Below are positions 56,291 through 64,000 of a DNA stretch of 64,000 nt, in pieces (position 1 is the stretch's first letter; every line of letters begins with the position of its first letter). The notes under the pieces are model-generated. The model saw only the letters and a program-made list of their open reading frames with translations, was not told the origin of the DNA and ran no database searches. Location: positions 438 to 64,437 of the forward strand of contig JBJMPK010000122.1 of NCBI GenBank assembly GCA_045803245.1. The letters run 5' to 3'. Origin of the DNA: Gemmatimonadales bacterium. Its GTDB lineage: Bacteria; Gemmatimonadota; Gemmatimonadetes; Gemmatimonadales; GWC2-71-9. Made by a program: the position numbers and the translations under genes.

Positions 56291-58925
56291 CTCACACCTC
56301 TCACCTGTCTGGACGGCGGGCGTCCGCCGCGAAGTTCTCCCCAACGGCCTCACTCTACTGGTTCAGCCGGACCATTCCGCGCCGGTCGTGGCGGTGGTCA
56401 CCCACGTGAAGGCGGGGTTCTTCGATGAACCCGACCGGTGGACCGGTATTTCGCACGTGCTGGAGCACATGTTCTTCACGGGACCGGCTCGACGCGGGGT
56501 GGGTCAGATTGCCCGGGAAACCAAAGCCGCGGGGGGGTATCTCAACGCCGGTACCGGGTACGATCACACCAGCTATTTCAGCGTGCTTCCATCGTCGGGA
56601 CTCGAAACGGCCCTGGATATCCAGGCCGATGCGCTGCGCCATTCGGTTATCGATGCCGATGAGCTGCGCCGAGAGCTCCAGGTCATCGTTCAGGAGGCCA
56701 AACGGAAGCTGGATACGGCCAGTGCCGTGGCCCACGAGACCCTGCACCAGGTCATGTTCGACCGGCATCGGATCAGGCGCTGGCGCATTGGACGGGAGGA
56801 CCAGTTGGCCCGGCTGACTCGCGACGATGTCTGGTCCTATTATCGCTCACGGTATGTCCCGGAGCGCACCATTGTGGCGATCGCGGGGGATATCGACCCA
56901 GACCGCGGGTTGGAGCTGGGCCGGGCGGCCTACGTCGGGTGGACTGCCGCACCTGGCGCAGTGGATCCGTCACCGGACGAGCCTCCCCATCGGGAAGTCC
57001 GGGCCCGGACCCTCCGGGGCGACGTCAGCCAGGCTGAGCTGGTCCTGGGCTGGCGTACGGTACCGCCCCTTCACCAGGACGCACCCGCCCTGGATCTCGC
57101 TGCCGCGGTGCTAGGATCAGGCCGGGGGAGCTGGCTCTACCGGGCGCTGCGCGAGCGGGGGATCGTGACGTCGATCTCCGCCCATAATTACACGCCGACG
57201 GAGCTGGGAGTCTTCAGCATCGGGGCCGACCTCGCCCCGGAGAGGCTGCCGCTCGCGCTCGAAGCCATCGCGGAGTCCGTCGCCCGGCTCACCCTCTTGG
57301 GGCCAGACGCCGGGGAGCTCGAGCGAGCGCGGACGCTGCTCCAATCGCGCTGGGCTCGCCGGCTCGAACCGATGGAAGGAAAGGCTGCCGCTCTGGCCTC
57401 GGCGGAGGCTCTGGAGCACGTGTCGTTCTTAGATCGTGAGTACGAGGCCCTGGGGCGGGTCGAGCCGGATGAGCTACGCGCCGCGGCAGCCCGGTACCTC
57501 CACCCGGACGACATTTCCGCCGTGGTTTACCTGCCAGATAATGCCGGCCCCCAACTGGATGCCCAGCTGCTGGAGCAGAGCTTCGCGGTTTCGGCGCTGC
57601 GGAAACCGTCCTCGGTTTCGCCCGCCCGTATCGATGTGCCACGGCCGGTCCGTCTGGCCGGCCGCAGCGAAGCGGAGGTGTTCCACACCGCCCTTCCCGG
57701 AGTGGACCTTCTGGTTCGACAGAAGCCTGGCGTTCCTCTGGCCACCCTGGGGATGTACGTACCGCGGCCGGAGTTCGATCCCCCGGAATCGGCCGGTCTC
57801 GGTGCCCTGGTGGTTCGAAGCTCTGTGCGTGGGGCTGGGGCTTTCGACACCGGAGAGCTGGCATTTGCGTTCGAGCACCTCGGTGGCACGCTGGCTGCCA
57901 GCGTTGCCTCGGACTGGTTGGGCTTCGGCACCACGGTGCTCTCCGAGCATCTGGGCGAGGCCGGGGTTCTCATCGACACCGTATTCAGCACACCGCGGCT
58001 GGTCGAGGCCGACGTCCTCACCGAGCGAGAGCTCATGATTCGGGAGGCCGAGCAGGTTGCCGATGACATGTTTCGTTACCCGTTTCAGTTGGGCTTCTCG
58101 GCGGCATTCGGCAATGCCGGATACGGTCTACCCGCAAGCGGCCTTCCCGACACACTGGCCAACATCGGTGCGGCGGAGGTGCGGAACTGGCACGAGCGCG
58201 CTCTGCTCGGGGTCCGACCGGTCGTGGTTGCGGTGGGAGACATCGAGCCGGAGTCGGCCGCGGCCACCCTGGCCGGTATCTTTCAAAAGCGGAGTCACGC
58301 GCCTGACCACCGAACGCTGTCGGACCTTCCCTGGGCTGTGACCAGGTCCGAGGGCTCCACCAATGTGGTCACCCGGGAAAAGGCCCAGGCGGCGCTCGCG
58401 ATGATCTTTCCCGGTCCCCAGCGGCGTGATCCCGACCGATTCGCGGCCGAAGTCTGGGCTGCGGTTGCGAGCGGGCTCGGTGGAAGGATGTTCGAGGCGC
58501 TGCGGGACCGGCGGTCTCTCGCCTATACCGTGCTTGCGTCGAGTTGGCAGCGGGGCCGAGCCGGGGCATTGGTGACGTACATCGCGACGTCGCCCGACCG
58601 CGAGGCCGAGGCCCGGGCCGCCATGCTGCAGGAGCTGGAGCGGTTCACACGCGAGCCGGTCAGTGCCTCCGAGCTGGGGCAAGCCATCAGCTACCTGGCG
58701 GGCCAGGCGGAAGTCGGGCGGCAGAGTGGAAGCGCGCTGGCGGGCGAGATCCTCGAGGCATGGCTCATCGGCAACGGTCTCGAGGATCTGGAAAATCCGG
58801 GTGCGGCATTCCGAAGGGTCACGGCGGACCAGGTCCTGCGGATCGCCAGTCGGTATCTCGAGCCGTCCCAGCGGGCGGAAGGGGTGGTGCGGGGTACCGG
58901 GCTCAGCTCGCCAATCGCCGGTTGA
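56259..58925 (+). CDS. fused double M16 (pitrilysin-family) zinc peptidase
   Basis: HxxEH zinc motif (GISHVLEHMFF) in the first module. The second half repeats the M16 fold without the motif. 888 aa in total. Confidence 0.85.
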   Translation: MTVSSARSPLTSHLSPVWTAGVRREVLPNGLTLLVQPDHSAPVVAVVTHVKAGFFDEPDRWTGISHVLEHMFFTGPARRGVGQIARETKAAGGYLNAGTGYDHTSYFSVLPSSGLETALDIQADALRHSVIDADELRRELQVIVQEAKRKLDTASAVAHETLHQVMFDRHRIRRWRIGREDQLARLTRDDVWSYYRSRYVPERTIVAIAGDIDPDRGLELGRAAYVGWTAAPGAVDPSPDEPPHREVRARTLRGDVSQAELVLGWRTVPPLHQDAPALDLAAAVLGSGRGSWLYRALRERGIVTSISAHNYTPTELGVFSIGADLAPERLPLALEAIAESVARLTLLGPDAGELERARTLLQSRWARRLEPMEGKAAALASAEALEHVSFLDREYEALGRVEPDELRAAAARYLHPDDISAVVYLPDNAGPQLDAQLLEQSFAVSALRKPSSVSPARIDVPRPVRLAGRSEAEVFHTALPGVDLLVRQKPGVPLATLGMYVPRPEFDPPESAGLGALVVRSSVRGAGAFDTGELAFAFEHLGGTLAASVASDWLGFGTTVLSEHLGEAGVLIDTVFSTPRLVEADVLTERELMIREAEQVADDMFRYPFQLGFSAAFGNAGYGLPASGLPDTLANIGAAEVRNWHERALLGVRPVVVAVGDIEPESAAATLAGIFQKRSHAPDHRTLSDLPWAVTRSEGSTNVVTREKAQAALAMIFPGPQRRDPDRFAAEVWAAVASGLGGRMFEALRDRRSLAYTVLASSWQRGRAGALVTYIATSPDREAEARAAMLQELERFTREPVSASELGQAISYLAGQAEVGRQSGSALAGEILEAWLIGNGLEDLENPGAAFRRVTADQVLRIASRYLEPSQRAEGVVRGTGLSSPIAG

Positions 58926-59208
58926 TCACATCGATTCCTTTGCTGACGTTCGCGGGCGCTCGGGCGATAATCTCGACCAGGCAGATCCCTTCTGCAGGCG
59001 CGCCATGCAGCACGATGTGGCCCTCGAGGCAGAGCAGAGCGACTGCGATACCGCCGGCACCCTCGCGCACTACCGGGGGTCCCAGCGAGGGCATACCGGC
59101 TGCACCCGCGGCGGAGACCAACAGGGCGGCCAGCGTATCGGTGTCCCGGAGTTTGACAGGATCCACCGAGGTGAGCTCGAGTAGCTGGTGATTGAACGTG
59201 GCGCTCAC
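58903..59208 (-). CDS. S-adenosylmethionine decarboxylase-fold protein lacking the processing serine
   Basis: Aligns by eye to small SpeH/SpeD proenzymes. The self-cleavage site (ESH in SpeD) reads LCLEGHIVLHGAPAEG. 23-nt convergent overlap with the M16 3' end. Confidence 0.5.
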   Translation of the reverse strand: MSATFNHQLLELTSVDPVKLRDTDTLAALLVSAAGAAGMPSLGPPVVREGAGGIAVALLCLEGHIVLHGAPAEGICLVEIIARAPANVSKGIDVINRRLAS

Positions 59209-59225
59209 GAAGACTCCGCTTTCGA

Positions 59226-59999
59226 TCAGGCTCGAGCGGGGAACTTGGCCACCGCTTCCCGGTAGCCTTCCGGAACCCCGACGTCGAAAAACATGGCGGG
59301 GCTGATCGCACCCGCCAGCGCATCGCGCCGGGCCAGGCGCTGCATCACCGGAACGTCGTCGAGCTCGACGCCGGGTCCCAGTCCGCGCCCCACCTCCTCG
59401 AACTCATTCAGGATGTCTCCCGGAAATGCCATCCGGCCGATCGGGGTCACGGCCACCTGATCGCCCGCGGTATCGAACCGACCCGCTCCCTTGTCTGCCA
59501 CGGCCGTAACCCGCAGGGTGCCGTCCGGCGCGTTGCGAACCGAGGCTCTGCCCGTCGCGCCTTTCGAGCCCGCGGTCTTGCGCTCGATCTCGGCGAGAAG
59601 GACCGTGGCCAAGCCGGTCTTCCGATAGGTGGCGAGCAGGGGAACCGTAGGGTTGGGTCCTTGAAACAGGTTGTCGGGAAGCAGCGCCACAAAGGGGGAA
59701 CCCGCGAGCTGGTCCCGCGCCCTCAGGAACGCATCGCCGAGGCCACGGGGATGGTCCTGGGGCACGAACTCCAGCTCGAGCGGCCCCTGGTAGTTCCGGG
59801 CGACCGCCTCGAGCATCGGCTTATGGGGATTGGTGATGATGATGGCCCGCAGTAACCCGGCATCGGCTGCCTCATCCAGGGTCCAGTACAGTACCGGCTT
59901 CAGTCCAACCGGAAGCATCTCTTTCGGCAGCCAGCGGGTAATCGGATGAAGCCGGGTGCCCAGACCCCCACACGGAATGACCGCCGTGTCGAGCATCAT
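59226..59999 (-). CDS. sugar-phosphate nucleotidyltransferase (GalU-like)
   Basis: N-terminal nucleotide-binding signature (VIPCGGLGTRLHPITRWLPKEMLPV). Confidence 0.8.
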   Translation of the reverse strand: MMLDTAVIPCGGLGTRLHPITRWLPKEMLPVGLKPVLYWTLDEAADAGLLRAIIITNPHKPMLEAVARNYQGPLELEFVPQDHPRGLGDAFLRARDQLAGSPFVALLPDNLFQGPNPTVPLLATYRKTGLATVLLAEIERKTAGSKGATGRASVRNAPDGTLRVTAVADKGAGRFDTAGDQVAVTPIGRMAFPGDILNEFEEVGRGLGPGVELDDVPVMQRLARRDALAGAISPAMFFDVGVPEGYREAVAKFPARA

Positions 60000-60082
60000 G
60001 AGGGAGCCAAGGTCACGATGTGATGGAGAGCCGGAGGAAGGACCTGGGTATCTTGTACGCTCACGTTCAGTGAGGGAACAGC

Positions 60083-60637
60083 GTGTCCGAAGCTAGTTCT
60101 GGTCGGAGGGGCGAGCAAGGCCGCCGGCACCTGAAGCCGGCTGACGTGGTCAGCTTCATCCGGATACCGTTGGCGTTGGCGTTCGTTCTGGTATCGAGCC
60201 CCGATTGGCGGTTGGGCATTCTTGGCGCCTGTGCCGCCAGCGACCTCCTCGACGGACCGGTCGCGCGCCGCTTCGGCAGCTCGGCTCTGGGTCCCGTCGT
60301 CGATCCCATTGCGGATAAGCTGTTCATGGCATGCGCCTTCGGCGTGGTGGCGTTCTCCGGACGGCTGGAGCTGTACGAAGTGGCGGCGGTCCTGCTGCGC
60401 GACGCGGTGGCCACGGTCGCATTCGTCAGCACCTACCTTTCCCACCGGCCCAGGGCCATTCCTGCCCGCCCCGGTGGCAAGGCCGTGACCGTCGCCCAGG
60501 TCCTCACCCTGGTGGCATTCCTCCTCGACTCTCCCCTCCTGAGGCCGATGGCCTGGGCCACGGGCGCGATCGCCATTTACGCCATCTGGGACTACTACAA
60601 GGTGGCGCCCCGGGCCGGGCGAAGGGTGGGAGAGTAA
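60083..60637 (+). CDS. CDP-alcohol phosphatidyltransferase family protein
   Basis: Signature DLLDGPVARRFGSSALGPVVDPIADK, matching D-x2-DG-x2-AR...G-x3-D-x3-D. Multiple TM segments. Confidence 0.8.
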   Translation: MSEASSGRRGEQGRRHLKPADVVSFIRIPLALAFVLVSSPDWRLGILGACAASDLLDGPVARRFGSSALGPVVDPIADKLFMACAFGVVAFSGRLELYEVAAVLLRDAVATVAFVSTYLSHRPRAIPARPGGKAVTVAQVLTLVAFLLDSPLLRPMAWATGAIAIYAIWDYYKVAPRAGRRVGE

Positions 60638-60638
60638 C

Positions 60639-61049
60639 GTGGCGCGAGAGACGAAGCGGGCGATTCTCACCTGGCAGGAGGGGCTCCGCTTTTCGGCCGG
60701 CTCACCCGATGGGCCGACCATGACCGTCGACGGCGACAACGCCGCCGGCCCGGGACCCATGTTGACCCTCTTGCTGGCGGCAGCGGCCTGCACCGCATCT
60801 GACGTGGTCGTGATCCTGGAGAAGATGCGAATCAAGCTGGCTGCCCTCCGGATCGAGATCGAGGGAGTCCGGCGGGAGGAGGAGCCCCGTCGCTATGTCT
60901 CGATCCATTTCGACTACCGCCTGGGGGGAGTGGGACTCGACCCGGCCAAGGCGCGTCGAGCCATCGATCTGTCGTTGGAGAAGTATTGTTCGGTGGTTCA
61001 TTCTCTGGCACCCGACATCGCGATCACCTATGCGCTTTCCCTGGAGTGA
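60639..61049 (+). CDS. OsmC/Ohr-family peroxiredoxin-like protein
   Basis: Two conserved Cys contexts (AAAACTASD, EKYCSVVHS). 136 aa. Confidence 0.85.
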   Translation: MARETKRAILTWQEGLRFSAGSPDGPTMTVDGDNAAGPGPMLTLLLAAAACTASDVVVILEKMRIKLAALRIEIEGVRREEEPRRYVSIHFDYRLGGVGLDPAKARRAIDLSLEKYCSVVHSLAPDIAITYALSLE

Positions 61050-61497
61050 AGTGATCGCAACGGCCTGGGCTATTGGGGGAGCCGCTCAAGGGGCCGCGCA
61101 GCAGGTCCGGGAGATCGGTATTGAAGCGGTGGCCGCCTCGTCGGACCCCGCGCTTCTTGTCGCAGGACCCTACGGTGCCCTCCGCCCTTCCGGCAGAACC
61201 CGGATTTCCGCCGCATTCGGCGCCGGTGTCAGCGACGGAGCGTTTGCCTGGCGGGGTGAGGTGCTGGGCCACTTCCTCCTGAGCCCGGTGCTGCGGCGCG
61301 GTTGGGGAGCTTACTTCGGCGGAGGCCTGGCTGCGGTGGGTGGGCCGGTGAGTCGCGGCTATCTGGTAGTGACGCTGGGGATCGAGGAGCGCCCCGGAGG
61401 AAGGTCGGGCTGGTTCGCGGAGGGCGGCGTCGGCGGGGGAGTGAGAGTCGCGGCGGGATATCGATGGCGGAAGTTTCCCGCCGGCTGGCCCCAATAA
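61030..61497 (+). CDS. hypothetical Gly-rich secreted protein
   Basis: ORF 60895..61497 trimmed to the ATG at 61030. Signal-like start and Gly/aromatic-rich alternating sequence. Weak support. Confidence 0.4.
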   Translation: MRFPWSEVIATAWAIGGAAQGAAQQVREIGIEAVAASSDPALLVAGPYGALRPSGRTRISAAFGAGVSDGAFAWRGEVLGHFLLSPVLRRGWGAYFGGGLAAVGGPVSRGYLVVTLGIEERPGGRSGWFAEGGVGGGVRVAAGYRWRKFPAGWPQ

Positions 61498-61498
61498 G

Positions 61499-61524
61499 AA
61501 CGCCCCGAAGGCTCCCGGGGCGTT
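61499..61524. terminator. bidirectional terminator hairpin
   Basis: aacgccccg (61499-61507) / cggggcgtt (61516-61524) form the stem, flanked by A and T runs, between convergent genes. Confidence 0.65.
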
Positions 61525-61551
61525 TCGTCTTCCATCTTCCGCTGCGGCAGT

Positions 61552-61809
61552 TCAGGCTGCGCCGGACTCGACCACCCGGCGTACCGGTTGGCAATAGCGC
61601 TCGCCCAGGATCCGAAGCTGGCCTAACTCTTCTCCCGCCAAATCCTCGTACCGGTCGGCAATGTACCCCATGGTATCGTCAAACCAGTCCTTCTGGTGCT
61701 CCGGCAGGGCCTCGATGACGCCACAGCGGAGAATATGGCTGAACAGCTCGTCACGCGCCTGGGCGAACGAAGCCGCCTCGGCGGTTGTGCGGGTCTTCTT
61801 CTTGGTCAT
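61552..61809 (-). CDS. hypothetical small protein (85 aa)
   Basis: Track ORF with a Lys-rich N-terminus and a helical, acidic body. No family recognised. Confidence 0.45.
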   Translation of the reverse strand: MTKKKTRTTAEAASFAQARDELFSHILRCGVIEALPEHQKDWFDDTMGYIADRYEDLAGEELGQLRILGERYCQPVRRVVESGAA

Positions 61810-61868
61810 GCACCGTCCTTATCTAACAGTGTGCGGTTGCTCAATTTCACTGCGCTAAACATAACCGA

Positions 61869-61886
61869 TTGCACCTTTTGGTGCAA
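61869..61886. promoter_or_regulatory. palindrome TTGCACC-N4-GGTGCAA in divergent promoter region
   Basis: Perfect 7-bp inverted repeat with a TTTT spacer, between divergent genes 61552..61809 (-) and 62007..62309 (+). Confidence 0.4.
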
Positions 61887-62006
61887 AGACTTGGGAGCTT
61901 AACTCCAAGCTGGCGACTGCCGACGCTCGACTCCCGACTCATTATCTTTACCGGCCGGATTAGCATGAACTTGACCGAAGGCGGCGGCTGCCTTCCAGGT
62001 GTTTCT

Positions 62007-62309
62007 ATGGCTGAGCATGACGAGGTGTATGGAAAGGAGCGGGCCGAGCGGCTTGCGGCACTGCTGCGGGCGCTGGCAGCCCGCATCCAGGAGCTGGACC
62101 GCAATGGCCAACTGCTCAGGGCCGGTCCGGAACTGCTTCGCTTGATGGGCGATGCGCGGAGTGAGCTGTTCCACTACGAGGTCCGCTCCACCTACGATAC
62201 CCCCGAAATCGCCGACAACCGCCGCATCGTGGAAGAGGCGCGGCAAGACTCCTTTCTGCCTGACGAACCAGAGGATGATGAGCCATGGCGGCCAAGCCGA
62301 CCGGAATGA
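62007..62309 (+). CDS. hypothetical acidic protein (100 aa)
   Basis: ORF 61869..62309. ATG 62007 (MAEHDE) or ATG 61965 are candidate starts. The stop forms ATGA with a candidate dsbA start. Confidence 0.4.
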   Translation: MAEHDEVYGKERAERLAALLRALAARIQELDRNGQLLRAGPELLRLMGDARSELFHYEVRSTYDTPEIADNRRIVEEARQDSFLPDEPEDDEPWRPSRPE

Positions 62310-62968
62310 AGCGCTTTTATGCCGTGTTCGCTGTGCTGGCCATTATCGGAGTTGGAGTCCTGGGGTTTCTCATCAGCAGGCCTCGCACCGTAAGCATCCC
62401 CGCCAATGTCACGGTTCAGCCGTCGGACACCTCGGGATTTCACGGTTACGTAAAAGGCTCGGCCGATGCTCCGGTTGAGATCACCGAGTTCGCCGATTAC
62501 CAGTGTCCCTTCTGCCAGACCTTTGCCACCCTGCAGATGCCCACCATCGAAGAACGGCTGATCAAGACCGGCCGACTCCGCTGGCGCTATCGCGACTTTC
62601 CCCTGCAGCAGCATTCGTTCTCCCGGTTGGCGGCGCACTCGGCGGCCTGTGCCGACGAGCAAGGCAAATACTGGCAGCAGCACGAACGGATCTATGAGGG
62701 TCAATCGGACTGGGCGGCGGCCCGGGACGCCGGCCCGATTTTCCGGCGGTACGCCAAGGAAAGCGGACTGGATCTCGGACGGTACGACGCGTGTATGAGC
62801 TCCGGGAAGTATGCCGGCCGGATTCAAGCCAGCCAGGATGAGGGAATTCGGCTCGGAGTGAGCTCGACGCCGACTCTCCTGGTGGGCAACAGACTCTATC
62901 AGGGTCGCTTCGATTCAGACGCCATAACCCGGTTGGTGGACTCTCTGGCGCCCCGCCGCCCCCAATGA
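62306..62968 (+). CDS. DsbA-family thiol:disulfide oxidoreductase, membrane-anchored
   Basis: CPFC active site (FADYQCPFCQTF). ATG 62306 (MKRFYAVFAVLAIIGVGVLGF) overlaps the upstream stop as ATGA. The track start at 62285 is the alternative. Confidence 0.85.
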   Translation: MKRFYAVFAVLAIIGVGVLGFLISRPRTVSIPANVTVQPSDTSGFHGYVKGSADAPVEITEFADYQCPFCQTFATLQMPTIEERLIKTGRLRWRYRDFPLQQHSFSRLAAHSAACADEQGKYWQQHERIYEGQSDWAAARDAGPIFRRYAKESGLDLGRYDACMSSGKYAGRIQASQDEGIRLGVSSTPTLLVGNRLYQGRFDSDAITRLVDSLAPRRPQ

Positions 62969-63399
62969 TCTATCGGATGAGCGCGGCGGTGTTGAGCCTC
63001 GCGGGTCTTTTCATCTCCGCTTATCTCTATCTCTACAAGATCGGCAAGATCGGTACGCTGGCTTGCGGGACCGGCGGCTGTGAGACGGTGCAGCTGAGTC
63101 CATGGAGCCGGCTGGGCGGGCTGGAGATCTCCTTGATCGGCGTTGCCGGCTACGCGACCCTCCTGGTGTTGAGTTTGGTCTCGTTGCACCCCCAGCGAGC
63201 ATTGCAGCGCTGGCCCGCCACGGCGCTCGCTCTCCTCGCGGGAGTCGGTGTGTGCCTTACGATATATCTGACTTACCTGGAACTGTTCGTCATCCACGCC
63301 ATTTGCCGGTGGTGCGTGGCCTCGGGCGTCATTATAGCCGCCACGTTCGCCGTGGCCCTGCTCGACCAGCGAAGGCTCTCCCGGGCGAGGGCTTCATAG
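62965..63399 (+). CDS. vitamin K epoxide reductase (VKOR) family protein
   Basis: Four TM segments, loop Cys pair (ACGTGGC) and CRWC active site. ATGA overlap with the dsbA-like stop. Confidence 0.85.
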   Translation: MIYRMSAAVLSLAGLFISAYLYLYKIGKIGTLACGTGGCETVQLSPWSRLGGLEISLIGVAGYATLLVLSLVSLHPQRALQRWPATALALLAGVGVCLTIYLTYLELFVIHAICRWCVASGVIIAATFAVALLDQRRLSRARAS

Positions 63400-64000
63400 G
63401 TGTCGGCGGATCCCAAGGCATCGCCAACCGGTAAGCATCTCGCCCTCATGGCGCTGGGGGCCATCGGCGTCGTATACGGCGACATCGGTACCAGCCCACT
63501 CTACGCCCTGAAGGAATGTTTCATCGGGCCTCACGGGGTCCCGGTCACCAAGCCCAATGTGCTGGGGGTGCTGTCGCTCATTTTCTGGTCGCTGAACTTC
63601 ATCGTCACGTTCAAATATCTCAGTGTGGTGATGCGGGCAGACAATCAAGGCGAGGGTGGTATTCTCGCGCTGCTCGCGCTGGTCCGGCCGCACGGTGACG
63701 CCCGCCCTTCCGGTAAATACCGCTGGCTCGTGGCGATCGGACTGTTCGGGGCGGCATTGCTCTATGGGGATGGCATCATCACCCCGGCCATTTCGGTTCT
63801 GGGGGCGGTGGAGGGGCTCGCGGTGGCGACGCCCGCGCTCCAACAGTGGATCGTGCCGATCGCGGTGCTGATCATTTCAGCCCTGTTCGCGGTGCAACGT
63901 CGAGGCACGGCCGGCATTGGGACCATTTTCGGTCCGGTAACCAGCATCTGGTTCATCTGCATCGCGGTACTCGGTGTGATGGGAATCATGCGGCATCCTT
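63400..64000 (+). CDS. kup: KUP-family potassium transporter, N-terminal part (3' end outside window)
   Basis: Not in the ORF track because it runs off the window. GTG 63400 lies directly after the VKOR TAG. Translation contains LGAIGVVYGDIGTSPLYALKECF and ADNQGEGGILAL. Confidence 0.9.
   Translation, partial: MSADPKASPTGKHLALMALGAIGVVYGDIGTSPLYALKECFIGPHGVPVTKPNVLGVLSLIFWSLNFIVTFKYLSVVMRADNQGEGGILALLALVRPHGDARPSGKYRWLVAIGLFGAALLYGDGIITPAISVLGAVEGLAVATPALQQWIVPIAVLIISALFAVQRRGTAGIGTIFGPVTSIWFICIAVLGVMGIMRHP

Noticed and set aside
56259-58925. Fused M16 peptidase as the PqqF/PqqG protease of the pqq system
   Set aside because: It is the same protease family as PqqF/G, but it lies 7.5 kb away on the opposite strand, separated from the pqq operon by unrelated efflux and signalling genes. 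The window gives no specific evidence for the link.

Overview
A 64-kb, visibly high-GC bacterial chromosomal segment. I recognised no rRNA, tRNA, transposase, integrase, phage or CRISPR signatures. About 68 protein genes can be supported, tightly packed, with many 1- or 4-nt start/stop overlaps. Gene content and codon style resemble a high-GC soil lineage such as Gemmatimonadota; this is inference only, with no marker gene in the window.

Recognisable content:
- Proteolysis and peptide uptake: Lon (partial), two M28 peptidases, one M42 peptidase, an S33 prolyl aminopeptidase-like hydrolase, an S8 protease, PBP4, a fused M16 peptidase, and an OPT peptide transporter.
- DNA repair: an unknown protein, PolX and endonuclease III, all translationally coupled.
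- Methionine synthesis: metH plus a fused homocysteine methyltransferase/MetF.
- Other: acyl-ACP desaturase, trxC, MgtE, CutA, a ModE-like regulator with an OprP-like porin and a WtpA-like binding protein, PruA, an outer-membrane/MFP efflux pair, DsbA-VKOR, and Kup (partial).

Most interesting observations:
1. A complete pqqABCDE operon. Its 24-aa pqqA is below the ORF-track cutoff. The operon's 3' end is translationally fused to an ABC-2 ATPase/permease pair, a candidate PQQ export step.
2. A near-consensus sigma-54 promoter in front of pqqA, directly downstream of a histidine kinase / NtrC-type regulator pair.
3. A frameshifted GxxExxY (PD-(D/E)XK-like) gene bracketed by inverted arrays of a 10-bp-periodic CACGGATG repeat, which looks like a small cassette.
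4. A structured leader with terminator/antiterminator logic upstream of metH, possibly a SAM-class riboswitch (unverified).
5. Two paralogous Thr/Asp-rich lipoproteins whose peptide repeats are conserved despite synonymous divergence.
6. An 11-mer and 16-bp inverted-repeat system around the TPR and M16 genes.
7. Two genes whose conserved N-termini lie upstream of any canonical start codon.

All start sites are predictions. Several long ORFs in the track are antisense shadow ORFs and were rejected.
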